A stretch of DNA of 61,471 bases, taken from positions 1-61,471 of the IMG/VR virus record IMGVR_UViG_3300036987_000148; one strand, 5' to 3'. This DNA is from a virus (lineage: Duplodnaviria; Caudoviricetes). Under the pieces are notes generated by a model. The model worked only from the letters and a program-made list of their open reading frames with translations, was not told the DNA's origin and did not search any database. Below, one piece after another: positions 59,503 through 61,471 of the stretch (within the stretch, counting starts at the first letter, position 1; every line of letters starts with the position of its first letter). The translations under genes were made by a program, and so were the position numbers.

Positions 59503-59930
59503 GATTTAATCTCTCTGAGTTTAGAAGCAGCAGCAGTAAATTCATCAGCCATCTTGAGAAATTCTTCGTGAGATAAATCTAACCGAATAAACCTCAAGTG
59601 TATATGAATCGATTTGCCATTTAAATCATCGTCCTCAATTCTAAAAGAATCAGGTCCAATTCCACAAACTGACTTAATCTTTCCGTTTGCCAGATATGTT
59701 GGCAACGTCTGATTCGGATTAGGAATGGGTTTTCCTAAAGAAACATATTTTTCCCATGCCTGTACAGCCCTCTGACAAAATAAAATCCACTCTTCCTTGT
59801 CTAATTGAATCCTCAGATTTCTCCAATGAATATGAAAATCCTCACATATTTCGAAACTGAACATATCAGTCCATTTATCCGAAACCTTACTTACTTGAAC
59901 CTTTGAAAGAAAGTTTCTGACTCTTCCCAT
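59499..59930 (-). CDS. Hypothetical protein with duplicated HIH.R..R..L motif
   Basis: FHIHWRNLRIQLDKEEW and IHIHLRFIRLDLSHEEF. Confidence 0.6.
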   Translation of the reverse strand: MGRVRNFLSKVQVSKVSDKWTDMFSFEICEDFHIHWRNLRIQLDKEEWILFCQRAVQAWEKYVSLGKPIPNPNQTLPTYLANGKIKSVCGIGPDSFRIEDDDLNGKSIHIHLRFIRLDLSHEEFLKMADEFTAAASKLREIKS

Positions 59931-60421
59931 TTTATTTCCTCCGTATAAAAACCTTTAAGGTTTTCTTGTAAAAAATGATACACCCTCAATATCTGTTTCT
60001 CATATCCAGGATATCTAAACTTCTTCGGATCTTCTTCAATTTTTTTCATAATCCGATCTTCGGAACAAATTAACTTGTATACTCGAATATTAAGTTCCGG
60101 AAAGTTCTGTTTGACATAATTTAAAGAATTTTTTATGTCCTCTCTTGATGTTAGCCACCAAAAACCTTCAAAACTAAACCAACCATCAATTACTAAATTG
60201 TCAGTATTTCGAAATTTGATTCTTAGCAATTCAATAAATTTTTGTAAGAAGGCAAAAAACGCTTCCTCAGTAACATATTGATGCAAAAATAATTCACTCT
60301 TCCTACGATGAATCATAAAATCTAAATCAATATATTCTCCACGAATTAATTCAGACAATCGCTTCGAAAAAAAGGTTTTTCCAGAAGCGATAGGTCCGAC
60401 AAAAATATGCAAAGTTTTCAT
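59891..60421 (-). CDS. P-loop kinase-like protein (AAA_33/NMP-kinase type)
   Basis: IFVGPIASGKT, IDLD, LVIDG; start at 60421 by ATGA overlap. Confidence 0.7.
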   Translation of the reverse strand: MKTLHIFVGPIASGKTFFSKRLSELIRGEYIDLDFMIHRRKSELFLHQYVTEEAFFAFLQKFIELLRIKFRNTDNLVIDGWFSFEGFWWLTSREDIKNSLNYVKQNFPELNIRVYKLICSEDRIMKKIEEDPKKFRYPGYEKQILRVYHFLQENLKGFYTEEIKWEESETFFQRFK

Positions 60422-61026
60422 CTCTCTTCCCTTCTTGCATGGAAGACGTAACTCCAAACATCATATTTTGTAGATGCGTGGACCTTAGACTTCCAAATAA
60501 CACTCGCTCCGCATTGGTTAACCAAATCTTCAACAAATTCAGGAGTTCGAACAACTGCTCCCATTTTTTGCATTACTTCTGAATCTTCTCTGCTAGTAGT
60601 TGGATTATCATCAGGCGCATCAATAAACTGAATTGCCAAAAGTCCAGAAGGCTTAAGCGACCTAATCAATTTATATAATTGAATTTTTAAGTGTTTGTTA
60701 GACATATGTTGCGCAACGTGCAAGGAATATACCAAATCATAGTTATTTTCCGGAAGATCACTTTCTGACAGAAATCTGTTCTGCGTGACACCCTTAACAT
60801 TTTCTAGTGCTAATTCAGAAATATCAAGAGCATCAATATTTTTGCACCCAAGTTCGTACATATCTCTGGTACATCTTCCCGTTCCAACCCCGACAACCAA
60901 AATATTCCAACTAGAAGAAATCTCCCCAATTCCTAAACATTTACAAGTCGATTCAAAAGAAGAATTTGTTAAGTTCTCTTTTGTTTGCAATTTATGTTTT
61001 TCTTCCCAAAAATCTTTAACGGTCAC
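60418..61026 (-). CDS. Class I SAM-dependent methyltransferase
   Basis: ILVVGVGTG, ALDIS, YDLVYSLHVAQH, LKPSG; GTG start at 61026 after an AAGGA SD. Confidence 0.85.
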   Translation of the reverse strand: MTVKDFWEEKHKLQTKENLTNSSFESTCKCLGIGEISSSWNILVVGVGTGRCTRDMYELGCKNIDALDISELALENVKGVTQNRFLSESDLPENNYDLVYSLHVAQHMSNKHLKIQLYKLIRSLKPSGLLAIQFIDAPDDNPTTSREDSEVMQKMGAVVRTPEFVEDLVNQCGASVIWKSKVHASTKYDVWSYVFHARREER

Positions 61027-61039
61027 TGTTTTTCCTTTC

Positions 61040-61378
61040 TCAGCCGAGCCTGCGACATTGTTTGCAATAGGTATCATCATTGTTTTTGAGTCTTTCGCGG
61101 AGATCCTGATAAACCTCTCCGTTCCAAATCTCATCCAATGATTGACTCAACACATTTCCCATAATCAATTCACTGTTCCAACAACAGGGAGTTACCGCAC
61201 CATCCCATCGAACAAAAATCTTTTCGTAAACCCATCTACAACCTGTCAGTAATGTAGGATCTTTAACCGCCTTTGAACCCTTCCTTTTATCAAAAGAAAA
61301 AGCAAAACAACCAATTCCTAATTTTTGAGCATGTTGGACTGCTTCATAGTTATTAATTCTATGGTCTTTTATAACCCG
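61040..61378 (-). pseudogene. Start-less C-terminal fragment of a radical SAM/SPASM protein (112 codons)
   Basis: Frame reads ...AQKLGI...CRWVYEKIFVRWDGAVTPCC...MGNVLSQSLDEIWNG...CKQC*; preceded by in-frame TGA, TAA and TGA with no start codon before the SPASM motif. Confidence 0.75.
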
Positions 61379-61471
61379 TCAGAATTAATTTCACGGACAG
61401 CAGGGACTACAGGCTCCTGCCCTGGAGATTCGGATTCCCAAAAGAAACCTTTGAGATTCTTCCTCTCCAAC
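61369..61471 (-). mobile_element. Structured intervening sequence, candidate 3' end (omega-RNA/right end) of a TnpB-like element
   Basis: Nested hairpin CAGGG-CAGGAGCCTG-TAGT-CCCTG and imperfect hairpin CCGT-GAAATTAATTCTG-ACGG, directly abutting the orphan SPASM frame. Confidence 0.4.

Noticed and set aside
115-61141. Numerous plus-strand ORFs of 60-211 aa in the ORF track
   Set aside because: They lie antisense to well-supported minus-strand genes, are F/L/I/S-rich shadows and show no recognisable motifs.
1-61471. Stop-codon reassignment, as found in some large phages
   Set aside because: Genes are full length and tightly packed in the standard code, and TAA, TAG and TGA all end genes at sensible junctions. 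The one broken gene (SPASM) is preceded by both TGA and TAA.
1-61471. CRISPR array, tRNA genes or a diversity-generating retroelement
   Set aside because: Intergenic gaps are nearly all under 100 nt; I saw no spaced direct repeats, cloverleafs or reverse transcriptase by eye.

Overview
A 61.5 kb piece of a large T4-like (myovirus-type) phage genome. It uses the standard genetic code, is densely packed, and essentially every real gene is on the minus strand. In transcription order (right to left) it has: a sugar/modification cluster (start-less radical-SAM SPASM fragment, two methyltransferases, two P-loop kinases, GT2, RmlC-like, RmlD); FmdB zinc ribbon and late sigma factor; baseplate/tail genes (amidase, gp25, gp6, a 2797-aa LamG protein); RuvC, primase and a fused SbcD-SbcC (gp47-gp46); holin- and spanin-like genes interrupted by a hexapeptide-repeat/protein-kinase fusion; terminase; a portal with two mini-inteins (one starts with Pro); GIY-YIG endonuclease; prohead protease; ribosomal protein bS21; scaffold; major capsid protein; and neck proteins. 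Both window ends look like pieces of a TnpB-like element. The leading hypothesis is a phage-encoded virion glycosylation system: [S/T]-[G/A/S]-S tripeptides are strongly enriched in structural proteins, next to a sugar-synthesis/transferase cluster. All calls come from motif reading by eye; no database searches were run.
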